DNA from: a virus
Taxonomy: Duplodnaviria > Caudoviricetes
DNA length: 54,717 nucleotides
Reading direction: 5' to 3' (one strand)
Virus record (IMG/VR): IMGVR_UViG_3300025674_000053
Location: 1-54,717 of that record
Below are positions 1 through 8,931 of this stretch, one piece after another. The notes under the pieces were generated by a model. The model made no database searches. It saw only the letters and a program-made list of their open reading frames with translations, and had not been told where the DNA came from. Position 1 is the stretch's first letter, and each line of letters opens with the position of its first letter. The position numbers and the translations under genes are program-made.

Positions 1-598
1 AAAAATACTTGGAGGTGAACCAACAACTCACCCACAGTTCCCCGAAATCGTTGACTTTTTGCTCGATTCAGGGGTAGCAAAAGAGGTTTGGTTAAATACA
101 AATGCTCTGAATATGACTGAAAAAGTAGTAAGTGCATGTTCTAAATTAGATAAAATTTTAATAAGTATATATCCTATGGTAGATACGAATACAAATCAAG
201 TGGCAGAGTACAAAAATAGTGGACTTACTAGACAGTTCAAGAAAGTTCACATAGCAGTAATGACAAGTTTCGAGAAGTTTGGTGTGCCACAACCACATCT
301 ACAGTACACACCTGAAGGAAACTGGAAAAGGTGTTGGCAGAAAGAATTTTGTAGAACAATAGAAGGAGAAACAATGTATCAATGTGCTATTTCTTTTGGT
401 AGAAAAGCAGAAGGAATACACATAGCAGATTGGGGTACTAAATTAGACAGACCTCTAAAGATGTGTGATACTTGTTATTTTCCTCCAGCAGAAGAACAAT
501 GGAGTAGTTTGAAACCTAAGAAGGATTACAGAAACCTTCACAAAGGTATCAAATTATGGAGAGAGTATAAAAACAAAATAAATATAAAGGAGATTTAA
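1..598 (+). CDS. Radical SAM protein, 5'-truncated by window edge
   Basis: Frame is open from base 2 (KILGGEPTTHPQF...). GGEP and NTN motifs are typical of radical SAM enzymes, with a Cys-rich C-terminus (CxxC). Confidence 0.7.
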   Translation, partial: KILGGEPTTHPQFPEIVDFLLDSGVAKEVWLNTNALNMTEKVVSACSKLDKILISIYPMVDTNTNQVAEYKNSGLTRQFKKVHIAVMTSFEKFGVPQPHLQYTPEGNWKRCWQKEFCRTIEGETMYQCAISFGRKAEGIHIADWGTKLDRPLKMCDTCYFPPAEEQWSSLKPKKDYRNLHKGIKLWREYKNKINIKEI

Positions 599-599
599 C

Positions 600-1238
600 A
601 TGGCAAATCATGTATATTTTAACATCGAAGTCACTGGTGTTGATGAAAGCGAATGGGAACAGACAGTTTTGTCTGAGAAAGTGACAAGAAAGAACTACGA
701 TGATGAGGACTACACAGTGTTAGAACCTCTAGAGTTAGAGAAACAACCTTTCATGCAAGGGTGTAAACCTGAGTTTGATGAAGATGACTACCTAAAAGAC
801 TCATACAACTGGTACTGCAATAATGTAGGTGCTAAGTGGTGTCATATTGAAAGTTGGGAATACAGTTATATTACAGGTTATTCAGCATGGTGTCAACCTA
901 CAGCAATGGTAGAGAACTTACTAGAGTACCTAAGTATGACTTATGACAAAGAGTTCAGTGCTAAAATGACATTTGAAGATGAGTTCAGAAACTTCATAGG
1001 AGTAGAATGGTATGACTCATACAAAGTAGGAGATGAGTGGGCAGTAGGTATGGATGAAAGCATTATAGATGGTGGAGACATAAACCTAAAAATAGAAGAA
1101 AACTACAAACTAGATATATCTGACGATGACTTTGATTGGTGGGGAGAATATAAAGACATCAATGGAGAAATGACAAACCCATCAGAGTATGCAGACGACC
1201 TAGTTTATGCTTTCTTTGATGATGGAGTGTGGAGATGA
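600..1238 (+). CDS. Hypothetical protein, possibly DUF1281/YubB ferredoxin-like
   Basis: AGGAG SD. Motifs MANHVY, YNWYCNNVGAKW and SAW resemble the family. Acidic. Confidence 0.45.
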   Translation: MANHVYFNIEVTGVDESEWEQTVLSEKVTRKNYDDEDYTVLEPLELEKQPFMQGCKPEFDEDDYLKDSYNWYCNNVGAKWCHIESWEYSYITGYSAWCQPTAMVENLLEYLSMTYDKEFSAKMTFEDEFRNFIGVEWYDSYKVGDEWAVGMDESIIDGGDINLKIEENYKLDISDDDFDWWGEYKDINGEMTNPSEYADDLVYAFFDDGVWR

Positions 1239-1480
1239 GTCAATACACAGATATAGTAGAAAAACGAAGACTCTACCTAAAAGCAGAGGAGTGGGGTAAT
1301 AAAGTATCTCAGATATACTCTACGAAAGGTGGTATGGGTGATTTAGGATATGGCATGGGTATGTTTGTTTACTACAACAATGGTGCAGTACATAAACTAA
1401 AAGGTGACAGAATTGAAATAGTGCAAGTTCCGAACAGTATAGAGGAGGTCATAGATGACTACCAAAGACAAGGAATCTGA
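1235..1480 (+). CDS. Hypothetical protein
   Basis: ATG overlaps the upstream stop (ATGA); GGAG upstream. Confidence 0.6.
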   Translation: MSQYTDIVEKRRLYLKAEEWGNKVSQIYSTKGGMGDLGYGMGMFVYYNNGAVHKLKGDRIEIVQVPNSIEEVIDDYQRQGI

Positions 1481-1610
1481 ATTTTATTCACTAGAACTAA
1501 AGTACGGAAAAGAAGAAGCAATTCGCATCGCTGCAGAAGAGTGGGGTGAATCAGTAAACATAGTAAAGCAAAGAGTCAAAGACTGGGAGGACATAACAAA
1601 GTGGCTATAA
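1455..1610 (+). CDS. Small hypothetical protein (51 aa), not in ORF track
   Basis: GAGGAGG SD before ATG; MTTKDKESEFYSLELKYGKEEAIRIAAEEWG...; fills the gap between neighbours. Confidence 0.65.
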   Translation: MTTKDKESEFYSLELKYGKEEAIRIAAEEWGESVNIVKQRVKDWEDITKWL

Positions 1611-1909
1611 ATTATACAGAAAAACAAGTAAAACATATGATAGAAGCATATACATTTGAACCAACTAGAGAAACTGTGGAAAAATTAGCAGAAGAATATA
1701 ACAAGAGTGTAAAATCTATTATAGGTAAACTAAGTAGAGAAGGAGTATATAAGAAAACCGAGTATACTACCAAAACTGGAGAGAAACCAGTAACAAAATT
1801 AGAGTTAGTGCAAGAACTAGCAGAAAGATTAGATATTAACCCCAACGCCCTAGCGGGTTTAGAAAAAGCACCCAAGGTAGCGTTAAAAAAGATATTGGAG
1901 GCAATATGA
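1601..1909 (+). CDS. Putative HTH DNA-binding protein of T5-like phages
   Basis: GGAGG SD, GTG start. Helical basic pattern VEKLAEEYNKSVKSIIGKLSREGVY. Confidence 0.55.
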   Translation: MAINYTEKQVKHMIEAYTFEPTRETVEKLAEEYNKSVKSIIGKLSREGVYKKTEYTTKTGEKPVTKLELVQELAERLDINPNALAGLEKAPKVALKKILEAI

Positions 1910-2127
1910 GAGTATGTAAACTAGTGAAAGCTGGTGAAAATGTAAAATTAATTGACAAGCATGGACTATATGCAGAAGTGATGGGTCTTATCGAAAGCCC
2001 CAGCGGGTACAAAGCAAGACTTAAATTTGCTGATGGTCATAGAGAAACCCTAAGCGTACAAAGAGTGCGTATGCTACAGTCTGAAGTACCTAAGAGTAGA
2101 AATGGAGGATTCTGGGATAACCACTAG
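1906..2127 (+). CDS. Hypothetical protein
   Basis: GGAGG SD, ATGA overlap. Confidence 0.6.
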   Translation: MRVCKLVKAGENVKLIDKHGLYAEVMGLIESPSGYKARLKFADGHRETLSVQRVRMLQSEVPKSRNGGFWDNH

Positions 2128-2159
2128 GGTACACGGGAAATTAGATTAAATTGAGGAAG

Positions 2160-2186
2160 AACCCACTTAATTGTGGGTTTTTTATT
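2160..2186 (+). terminator. Rho-independent terminator, possibly bidirectional
   Basis: AACCCAC-ttaatt-GTGGGTT hairpin followed by a T run. Confidence 0.8.
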
Positions 2187-2466
2187 GCTTAGAGAAAATT
2201 TTGAATTGGTGCAAGTTTCTTAGAATTAAGACGTGATTGTAGTAATTAGTGGTTAAAGTGGGTGTTTATAAAGTCGTTGATGTTGACTTTAGCGATACTT
2301 GGTTGTATCTTGTTGATATGTTTATACAATTAACACTCTGTCATTGTCCCAGATTAGATGCTCAGCTGTCACTCTCGCTTCGCTTCGTTCCAGCTTCTCA
2401 GCATCAGTTAGGACTAACGAGTGTAATCGGTAGTTCGTATTGACTATATAATCAAATTATGATATT

Positions 2467-2495
2467 ATTATATCACAACTTTTATCATAATGCAA
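2467..2495 (-). promoter_or_regulatory. Sigma70-type promoter firing leftward into a non-coding region
   Basis: TTGCAT-17 nt-TATAAT on the minus strand, preceded by AAAAACACTTC, which resembles the AAAAATAGTTC of the other promoters. Confidence 0.65.
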
Positions 2496-2619
2496 GAAGT
2501 GTTTTTCCTAGGGGTATGAAATTGTGTTTTATTTTAAGTTGAGAATCCAAGAAAATATTTTGACTTTTTAGTGAGGATTGTAGAATTTAGTTTAATTGTT
2601 CTTGTGATTTTCGTAGGGG

Positions 2620-2847
2620 TCAGATTTTCTTTGCGATACGCAATCTTCTTTCGAGTTGAAATGCTTTTCGTTTCTCTAATTCTCGTGTTCTTTTCCTATA
2701 ATTGTTCATTTCATTTCGCTTTTGATTGGGTTTGATGTAATATTTTCTGTTTCTGCACTCCTCTTTTATTCCAGCATTGTCGCATTTCTTCCGAAAGATA
2801 CGCAGTGCTTTTTCGAAACTCATATTCTTAGAATCAACTCTTGGCAT
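2620..2847 (-). CDS. rpsU: Phage-encoded 30S ribosomal protein bS21
   Basis: MPRV...SFEKALRIFRKKCDNAGIKEECRNRKYYIKP matches the S21 pattern (F.ALRRFK..C...G...E.R.R..Y.KP). AGGAGG SD before ATG 2847. Confidence 0.9.
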   Translation of the reverse strand: MPRVDSKNMSFEKALRIFRKKCDNAGIKEECRNRKYYIKPNQKRNEMNNYRKRTRELEKRKAFQLERRLRIAKKI

Positions 2848-3010
2848 CAGACCTCCTGTGAAAAGTCCATCCACGTTTCCGTAGATAGTATACTAATGAG
2901 GTGACAGATGACGCACTCCTGTCCAGTGTACGTGCGATATCTTCTGTTGGCTTTACATTGTAATGCCGTTTGATGTATTCTTTTTCTGCCATAGTCCATG
3001 TTTTTTTCAT
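2834..3010 (-). CDS. Small Myb/HTH-like DNA-binding protein
   Basis: WTMAEKEYIKRHY...EDIARTLDRSASSV pattern. ATG lies 6 nt after a -10 box. Confidence 0.6.
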   Translation of the reverse strand: MKKTWTMAEKEYIKRHYNVKPTEDIARTLDRSASSVTSLVYYLRKRGWTFHRRSDAKS

Positions 3011-3016
3011 ATCTAT

Positions 3017-3045
3017 ATTATACAAAAATTTTTGATTGCTGTCAA
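3017..3045 (-). promoter_or_regulatory. Sigma70-type early promoter for the HTH-rpsU operon
   Basis: AAAAATAGTTC-TTGACA-17-TATAAT on the minus strand. Confidence 0.85.
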
Positions 3046-3076
3046 GAACTATTTTTAGGTATGTTCTAGATTATTC

Positions 3077-3105
3077 TTGACTTATGGTGGGAAAGTTGCT
3101 ATAAT
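3077..3105 (+). promoter_or_regulatory. Sigma70-type promoter, divergent from the previous one
   Basis: TTGACT-17-TATAAT. Confidence 0.8.
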
Positions 3106-3111
3106 ATATCT

Positions 3112-3258
3112 ATGAATGAAAATGATATATACTATTTATTTTTTCTAGCGATGTGTGTACATCTTGCCTATTCGCTGGGAAAACAACTCGGAATAAGAAC
3201 CACGATAGACTATTTGGAACACAAAGGACTCATAGAGTTTGATGACTCTGAAAAATAG
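3112..3258 (+). CDS. Small membrane protein (48 aa), likely leaderless
   Basis: MNENDIYYLFFLAMCVHLAYSLGKQLG... has a hydrophobic N-terminus; ATG 6 nt after the -10 box. Confidence 0.6.
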   Translation: MNENDIYYLFFLAMCVHLAYSLGKQLGIRTTIDYLEHKGLIEFDDSEK

Positions 3259-3261
3259 TTC

Positions 3262-3290
3262 TTGACATCAAGGTTAAATTTTGATATAAT
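3262..3290 (+). promoter_or_regulatory. Sigma70-type promoter for hsp20
   Basis: AAAAATAGTTC-TTGACA-17-TATAAT. Confidence 0.85.
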
Positions 3291-3383
3291 TATTTTGTAA
3301 GTGATAAGTTTCACTTGCGTATTGGTGCATCTACCGTTTTTGGAGATGCGAGTATTTACTGAAAAGGAATTATGGAGAAAAAT

Positions 3384-3764
3384 ATGAGTATAGATTTAAG
3401 TAAATTTTGGCTTGGATTGGATATGCCTACACTACCGAGTTACACGGAGAGTGGATATCCGAGATATAACCTAATCGAAAGGCAAGGCGACTATCGTATA
3501 GAAGTTGCAGTACCAGGTTGGAAAAAAGATGAGTTGGAGATAGTCTTTGATAACAAAGAACTCCACATCAAGGGTAAAAAAGAACAGAAACTGGGAGCTG
3601 ACGAACAATTTGTTCATCAGGGGCTAAGTCTGAAATCTTTTGAACGAAGATTTATTCTAAACGCTGACCTACAAGTAGATGAAGTAAGTCTACAAGACGG
3701 ATTACTGACAATCCAACTAACACGAACTCCAGATTCCAAGAGAAAAATCTTGGAGATTAATTAA
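3384..3764 (+). CDS. Small heat shock protein (Hsp20/IbpA family)
   Basis: YPRYNL...YRIEVAVPG...FVHQGLSLKSFERRF...DGLLTI alpha-crystallin signature. Start is 3372 or 3384. Confidence 0.92.
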   Translation: MSIDLSKFWLGLDMPTLPSYTESGYPRYNLIERQGDYRIEVAVPGWKKDELEIVFDNKELHIKGKKEQKLGADEQFVHQGLSLKSFERRFILNADLQVDEVSLQDGLLTIQLTRTPDSKRKILEIN

Positions 3765-3892
3765 TGAAAGCATTAGCAAAAGTTCGTGATAGTATATGTG
3801 AGAACGGAGAGTTCTGCAACATGGTTGCAAATACAACTCTCGTATGTGCCTTTGGTGGCATCATGCTGAATAGCATTGTCGTTCTTTCATAA
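3764..3892 (+). CDS. Small hydrophobic protein (42 aa)
   Basis: GGAG SD, TAATG coupling to hsp20, hydrophobic C-terminal half. Confidence 0.5.
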   Translation: MKALAKVRDSICENGEFCNMVANTTLVCAFGGIMLNSIVVLS

Positions 3893-3947
3893 ACTGTCAG
3901 AATGTATTCGGGGACTCATTGCGAGTCCCCAACCTATAAGGAGAAGT

Positions 3948-4391
3948 ATGAAAATTTCAATAGAAGGATTAAGTTTAATTAAGAAGTTCGAAGGACTAGA
4001 ACTAGAGGCATACAAGTGTGCAGCTGGTGTGTGGACTATCGGATATGGACATATCAAAGATGTCAAAGAAGGAGACAAAATATCAAAGGCTGAAGCAGAT
4101 GAGATGCTAGTACATGAGATTGAGGAGTACGAAAACTACGTGAACACAGCAGTAAACGTTCCACTATCTCAGAATCAATTCGATGCAATTGTGTCTTGGG
4201 TGTTCAATCTCGGTAATGGTAATCTTCGCGCTTCAACTATGTTGAAAGTCATCAACTCTGGCGACCATGCTGGAGTCCCCGCTCAAATCAAAAGGTGGAA
4301 CAAAGCAGGGGGTAAGGTCTTAGAAGGACTTATCCGAAGAAGAGAAGCAGAAGCTTTGTTATACGAAGGCAAAGATTGGACTCATGTCTGA
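3948..4391 (+). CDS. Endolysin, GH24 phage lysozyme
   Basis: FEG...AYKCAAGVWTIGYGH, QFDAIVSWVFNLG, GLIRRREAE. AGGAG SD before ATG 3948. Confidence 0.93.
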   Translation: MKISIEGLSLIKKFEGLELEAYKCAAGVWTIGYGHIKDVKEGDKISKAEADEMLVHEIEEYENYVNTAVNVPLSQNQFDAIVSWVFNLGNGNLRASTMLKVINSGDHAGVPAQIKRWNKAGGKVLEGLIRRREAEALLYEGKDWTHV

Positions 4392-4623
4392 GTTTAGAGA
4401 AAAATTAAAAGACTGGTGGAACTGGTTTAAGTCCCTGTTCATTACATATTATAAACTACAAGTTAGTTATAATCATACATGGGGAGACGCAGACGACCAA
4501 ACCTTTGTAGTCAAAAAATTCCACAAGAAACAAGAAAAGTTCCTCTCATTCACCACACAAGATGGAGAACTAGTAGAAATACGAGGTGCAGAAGGACTTA
4601 ACTACAGGATAACAGAACTATGA
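4384..4623 (+). CDS. Hypothetical protein
   Basis: Overlap-coupled ORF in the lysis operon. Confidence 0.6.
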   Translation: MSEFREKLKDWWNWFKSLFITYYKLQVSYNHTWGDADDQTFVVKKFHKKQEKFLSFTTQDGELVEIRGAEGLNYRITEL

Positions 4624-5006
4624 ACCAATTAACTATAGGTGGTTTAGTTGTACTAGGAGGTCTTTGTTACTTTTTATACAACCAAAACGAAACCTTAAAG
4701 GAAAACAACATAAAGTTAGAAAACGCAGTGCAAGCCCAGCAAGAGGCAATGGACACACTGAGAGAGTCTTACGAAAAACAAGGTAAGTCTCTAATGAATA
4801 TGTCTAGAAGAAACTCAGAAATAGAAGCTGAGAAAGCAGAGTATCTTGCAATATTTAGCAGACACAATTTAGATATGTTAGCATTGAAAAAGCCTGGACT
4901 CATGTCAAACAGGTTCAACAATGGTAGTGAAAAAGTGATGGAGGGAATGGAAGATGATACAGAAAAGTTATACGAGCTTACTGTGCCTAGCACTGACGAT
5001 AAGTAG
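4620..5006 (+). CDS. Putative i-spanin (Rz-like)
   Basis: N-terminal TM helix followed by coiled coil; downstream of the endolysin and overlapping a lipoprotein gene. Confidence 0.6.
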   Translation: MNQLTIGGLVVLGGLCYFLYNQNETLKENNIKLENAVQAQQEAMDTLRESYEKQGKSLMNMSRRNSEIEAEKAEYLAIFSRHNLDMLALKKPGLMSNRFNNGSEKVMEGMEDDTEKLYELTVPSTDDK

Positions 5007-5448
5007 TTGTAGTTTACTTCCTACTAAGAAAGTAGAGATAGTATCTAAACCACTAGAAATCGATATAATGCAACCAGACTTACCCAGACCACTAGAACTT
5101 ACCGCACCTAAATGGTGGGTAGTATCAGAAGCAAGGATAGCAAATCCTTGTATCAAAAGATTACAAGACGATGGCAGTATGAAAAGACCAAAGAGCTGCA
5201 TCAAAGAAGATACCGAAAATCCAGATTGGCCAGAGGGTTACACCTACTTAGACCAGTTCTTAGATGAAATGAAAGAGCAGAACAATGGAGAAATATTGTT
5301 CGTAGGAACAACAATCGGAGATTACAAAGTTATGTCAGAAGATATGCAAGAACTTAAAAGGTATATCAATCAACTAGGAGAAGTAGTAATATATTATAGA
5401 GAAGTAACTGCTCCTAAAGCTCCAAGCGAGACAAAAAATGAGAAATGA
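4954..5448 (+). CDS. Putative o-spanin lipoprotein (Rz1-like)
   Basis: Signal peptide with lipobox-like ISSC, Pro-rich segment, overlaps the preceding gene. Confidence 0.6.
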   Translation: MIQKSYTSLLCLALTISSCSLLPTKKVEIVSKPLEIDIMQPDLPRPLELTAPKWWVVSEARIANPCIKRLQDDGSMKRPKSCIKEDTENPDWPEGYTYLDQFLDEMKEQNNGEILFVGTTIGDYKVMSEDMQELKRYINQLGEVVIYYREVTAPKAPSETKNEK

Positions 5449-6176
5449 AAAAGATTCTAATAAACAACAGGGGAGTACTAAAAGACTTAGATTTAATGGC
5501 ACAGCAAGTGCTAAGACATCCGAGTACATTTAGGTACACTCCACCACCAAATGTCAGCATGGCAAGACTTAAACAAGTTATGGATGCAGACGATGGAACA
5601 ATAGAAGAATGTAATGGAGTAGACTATTCAGGTAGGCACTTCCATACACATGAGTATAGATACTATCCAAGTAGAAAAACAGGCGTAAAAACATTTAGTA
5701 AACCAGAGCCATGCACAACTAAGTATAATTTCTTAGGTTGGTTAAGAAAAGCAACCAACAATAAAGCATGGGAAATGGACACTTGGGAAATACAACCAGA
5801 GTATCATGGATGGACTCCATGGCATAGTGGTAAAAACAAACCTATAAATTTTATAAGATTTGTATGGAATTCAGGTGTAGGAGTAACAAATTATGTGTCT
5901 GATGGTAAGCATTATAAATACAGAGATTCTAAGTACACAGGACAAAAGAATTGGAATTGTTTAGTAGGAAAACTAGACGGAAGACAGTACTTATCCGATA
6001 GAAATATTGGTAATCACAAGAGAGTCATTCTACAGTTTAGTTTACCTTCTAAGTACACAGCTACAATGGATGAATTTGTACACATACTGTCAGCAGGAAA
6101 TAAAGAAGAAGCTGCACCAGGAGTACCTACATCTAACTATGAACGTGACATGATGCTAGGTAAATGGACAGCTTAA
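5445..6176 (+). CDS. Hypothetical protein (possible beta-helix oxygenase-like fold)
   Basis: Coupled ORF; WTPWH and a C-terminal R are only weakly suggestive. Confidence 0.45.
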   Translation: MKKILINNRGVLKDLDLMAQQVLRHPSTFRYTPPPNVSMARLKQVMDADDGTIEECNGVDYSGRHFHTHEYRYYPSRKTGVKTFSKPEPCTTKYNFLGWLRKATNNKAWEMDTWEIQPEYHGWTPWHSGKNKPINFIRFVWNSGVGVTNYVSDGKHYKYRDSKYTGQKNWNCLVGKLDGRQYLSDRNIGNHKRVILQFSLPSKYTATMDEFVHILSAGNKEEAAPGVPTSNYERDMMLGKWTA

Positions 6177-6361
6177 AACAACTTTTAACTTTATTATTCT
6201 GGAGGAAAGATTTAAACTCCTCTGCTAAATGGTTTGATAGAAACCAACCAGCACAAGACAGATTCTGGGAGTTGGAAGATTGGAATGAAGAACTTGAGGA
6301 ACGAATAATAAAACTAGAAGATGAACTTAACAATATCAACAATAAAATCAATAGCAAGTAG
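6164..6361 (+). CDS. Small coiled-coil protein
   Basis: Heptad-like C-terminus; overlap-coupled. Confidence 0.55.
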   Translation: MDSLKQLLTLLFWRKDLNSSAKWFDRNQPAQDRFWELEDWNEELEERIIKLEDELNNINNKINSK

Positions 6362-6836
6362 AAATGTATGGAGTGCTGACTGGGGGATGCCTTTTGGTGA
6401 CGCCATACTTTTTTACAAACATGACATAGGTCGTACCGACTATAATCACACTCATCCCGAGTGGAGAAACAATCAAAAAGAAATAATGAAAGAACTTGAC
6501 ATCAGCAATAAAGTGTCAGGTTACAGTAGGGTAATGAAGATTACTTTATATAGATTTACAGAACGAAGTTTCCATCAAGCAATGGGAAGAAAAGCTATTT
6601 ATATATCACTAGGCGAGAATATAATTCTAGGAAGTAAACGTCCTGGACATCACATCTATGGTGAAATGGACAAGGTAAATGCTACTCCTTCTTGGAAAAG
6701 TGATTTTTATGACAAGAAGAAGATATGGAACAGTTATGTAGAAGATGAGGAGTTTGAAGTAGTAGGTAATATGGCTACAACTATGGTATATCCCAAGACA
6801 GGCAATATGTTTATAGAGGTGTGGTATGAGGTATAA
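6321..6836 (+). CDS. Hypothetical protein
   Basis: 171-aa ORF in the operon. Confidence 0.55.
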   Translation: MNLTISTIKSIASRNVWSADWGMPFGDAILFYKHDIGRTDYNHTHPEWRNNQKEIMKELDISNKVSGYSRVMKITLYRFTERSFHQAMGRKAIYISLGENIILGSKRPGHHIYGEMDKVNATPSWKSDFYDKKKIWNSYVEDEEFEVVGNMATTMVYPKTGNMFIEVWYEV

Positions 6837-7767
6837 AACAGATTCATTTACAGTTGATGATAAAGACAACGGAGCTTTAGGTCAATCAGAAAAAACATAC
6901 CAACCTATTCACGATGAATACGATAACTCGCACAAAGCTAATAGAGTAGACTCAAAGTATTTAGATGCTACGGGTAGTGATACTACAGTAATACAAGTAC
7001 CAAAATCCAAAGATACAAAAAGGATTCCTGTATTTGTAGGTGCAAGTGACCATCCATGTGATAAGATACAAGAAAAGATACTAGCGTATACACTACATAA
7101 AAATTCTAGTAGACCATTGGACATAACATTTCTAAGACCAAGTATGTTTCCTGGAGTATCTGCATTTGGTTGGGGTACACCTTTTACAGGATTGAGGTAT
7201 GTAATACCAAAACTTATGGGATTTAAGGGAAAAGCTATCTATATGGATATGGACATGATAAACTTTAGAGATATTAGTGATTTTTATGACATAAACTTAT
7301 ATGGTAGACCTTTTGGAATGGTATGGGACGCAAAGATGATGGCAGGAAACAAAAGGGGAAGCTATTGTGATAGTATGATGTTGATGGATTGTGCAAAGAC
7401 ACAAGAATTTTTTGACTGGAATGAAGTTCATTCTTGGGGTGCAGTAACACCAGGCTTTAAGTGGATATTTATGGAAAGACTAAGAGCTAGAGCAAATCCT
7501 AACAATGAAGTAGAGAATATGATGATAACAAGAATAGACTCTAGGTGGAACTGTTTTGATGGGTATATAACAGACAGTCTTTTGAATGAAGACGAAGAAC
7601 AGGACGAGTATAAATTAAATCAGATATTCCATTTACATTTAACAGCACTTAGCTATCAACCATGGCACAGTTCATATTTGATGAGTGCTAAAGCAACGCA
7701 TAAAAGAACAGACATCACAGATTATTGGTGGCAGTTAGTAGATGAGGTAAGAGCCCTTGAAATTTGA
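6826..7767 (+). CDS. Glycosyltransferase, GT-A fold (GT8-like)
   Basis: IPVFVG, TPFTGLRYVIP, AIYMDMDM (DxD), SMMLMDC, RWN and HLT..QPW motifs. Confidence 0.8.
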   Translation: MRYKTDSFTVDDKDNGALGQSEKTYQPIHDEYDNSHKANRVDSKYLDATGSDTTVIQVPKSKDTKRIPVFVGASDHPCDKIQEKILAYTLHKNSSRPLDITFLRPSMFPGVSAFGWGTPFTGLRYVIPKLMGFKGKAIYMDMDMINFRDISDFYDINLYGRPFGMVWDAKMMAGNKRGSYCDSMMLMDCAKTQEFFDWNEVHSWGAVTPGFKWIFMERLRARANPNNEVENMMITRIDSRWNCFDGYITDSLLNEDEEQDEYKLNQIFHLHLTALSYQPWHSSYLMSAKATHKRTDITDYWWQLVDEVRALEI

Positions 7768-8443
7768 AGAGCTGCTAGGCCCAATGGGTGTTGATAGATT
7801 TTATGAACAATACAAGGGTAAAAAACATTTTATAATTAAATCAAAGACCAGATTTAAAGATTATTTTAGTTGGCACGAGTTCGATAACTACCTCAATCAA
7901 ACAAAGATTGGGCAATGGGATAGAACTCCACAGTTACAGGTAGTTGATGATAAGGGTGGCAAGTGGTGTAAAAAGAAATCCGAGCAACCAAAGACTAGAG
8001 AAGAACTACTTGAGATGTGGAAAAATGGACACAGTTTTATACTAACCATCAGTGAGTTTCTTAATAAACAAATGTGGCAACAATGCCAAGAGTTTGAGAA
8101 ACACTATGGAGTTGGGCAAGCGAATATTTATTGTAGTAATCAAAAGGATGCAAAAACATTTAGTATTCACGCTGACTCTACAGATAACTTTCTTTTTCAT
8201 GTAAGAGGAAAGATACGCTGGTACATATACAAAGAGTTTCATAACAAGGGCATGCCGTACAGACCAGACAGTACAACCTTGTTAGACAGTTTTGTTCTTG
8301 ACGAAGGTGATTTACTTTACATTCCGAAAGGGCAATTCCATAGGGTAGAAACCCTAAGTCCAAGAATATCAATCAGTTTTCACTTTCAAGAGAAAGGGGA
8401 TAAACCTTACAAGAGGAAAGATTGGTACGATTGGAAGCCGTAG
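7757..8443 (+). CDS. JmjC/cupin-4 2OG-Fe(II) oxygenase (YcfD/RoxA-like)
   Basis: HAD...NFLFHVRGKIRW...LDEGDLLYIPKGQFH gives the HxD...H triad. Confidence 0.85.
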   Translation: MKFEELLGPMGVDRFYEQYKGKKHFIIKSKTRFKDYFSWHEFDNYLNQTKIGQWDRTPQLQVVDDKGGKWCKKKSEQPKTREELLEMWKNGHSFILTISEFLNKQMWQQCQEFEKHYGVGQANIYCSNQKDAKTFSIHADSTDNFLFHVRGKIRWYIYKEFHNKGMPYRPDSTTLLDSFVLDEGDLLYIPKGQFHRVETLSPRISISFHFQEKGDKPYKRKDWYDWKP

Positions 8444-8452
8444 GAGAATATT

Positions 8453-8824
8453 ATGGCAGACGAGCGATTCAGTGGCGATATGTCACGGAACGAAGTAGAG
8501 ATAGACTTAAGTAAGTTTATGGAACTGGTAACTGAGAACAGTAATCTCAAAGCTGAGATAACAGAACTCAAAGCAAACAAGGAGCCAGACAATCCATGGC
8601 AGCGTTGGATATTCTTATCAAATATGATAGACGCATGGAGAATCTTTCCGAGAGCTTTCTTATCAGTATACATATTCTTACTATACTACGCAACAATGTG
8701 GTTCATGAACTTGGAAGACCCAACACTCGAACAGTCAGGTTTAATATCTGTCATAGTAGGTGCTGGAGCGGCTTGGTTTGGTCTTTATGCTGGTACAGCA
8801 AAAGACAAAATCAATAGCAAGTAA
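8453..8824 (+). CDS. Membrane protein with two TM segments (holin candidate)
   Basis: AGGAG SD; coiled coil followed by DAWRIFPR and two hydrophobic helices. Confidence 0.55.
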   Translation: MADERFSGDMSRNEVEIDLSKFMELVTENSNLKAEITELKANKEPDNPWQRWIFLSNMIDAWRIFPRAFLSVYIFLLYYATMWFMNLEDPTLEQSGLISVIVGAGAAWFGLYAGTAKDKINSK

Positions 8825-8826
8825 TC

Positions 8827-8931
8827 ATGAACTCGATGTGGAAACACTTCTGCCGATGGATAAAGGACGTAGTCTACGTGCCTGTCGGTGAGAAGTGTCC
8901 ATATTGTAAGAAATCAGAAAATAATACTTGA
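8827..8931 (+). CDS. Tiny Cys/His zinc-finger-like protein (34 aa)
   Basis: MNSMWKHFC...EKCPYC. Confidence 0.4.
   Translation: MNSMWKHFCRWIKDVVYVPVGEKCPYCKKSENNT

Noticed and set aside
2249-2443. 64-aa + strand ORF
   Set aside because: It lies after a terminator, lacks an SD, has atypical composition and faces an opposing promoter.
3910-3930. GGGGACTC/GAGTCCCC hairpin before the endolysin as a terminator
   Set aside because: It has no T tract. It could be a processing or stability hairpin, but its function is unsupported.
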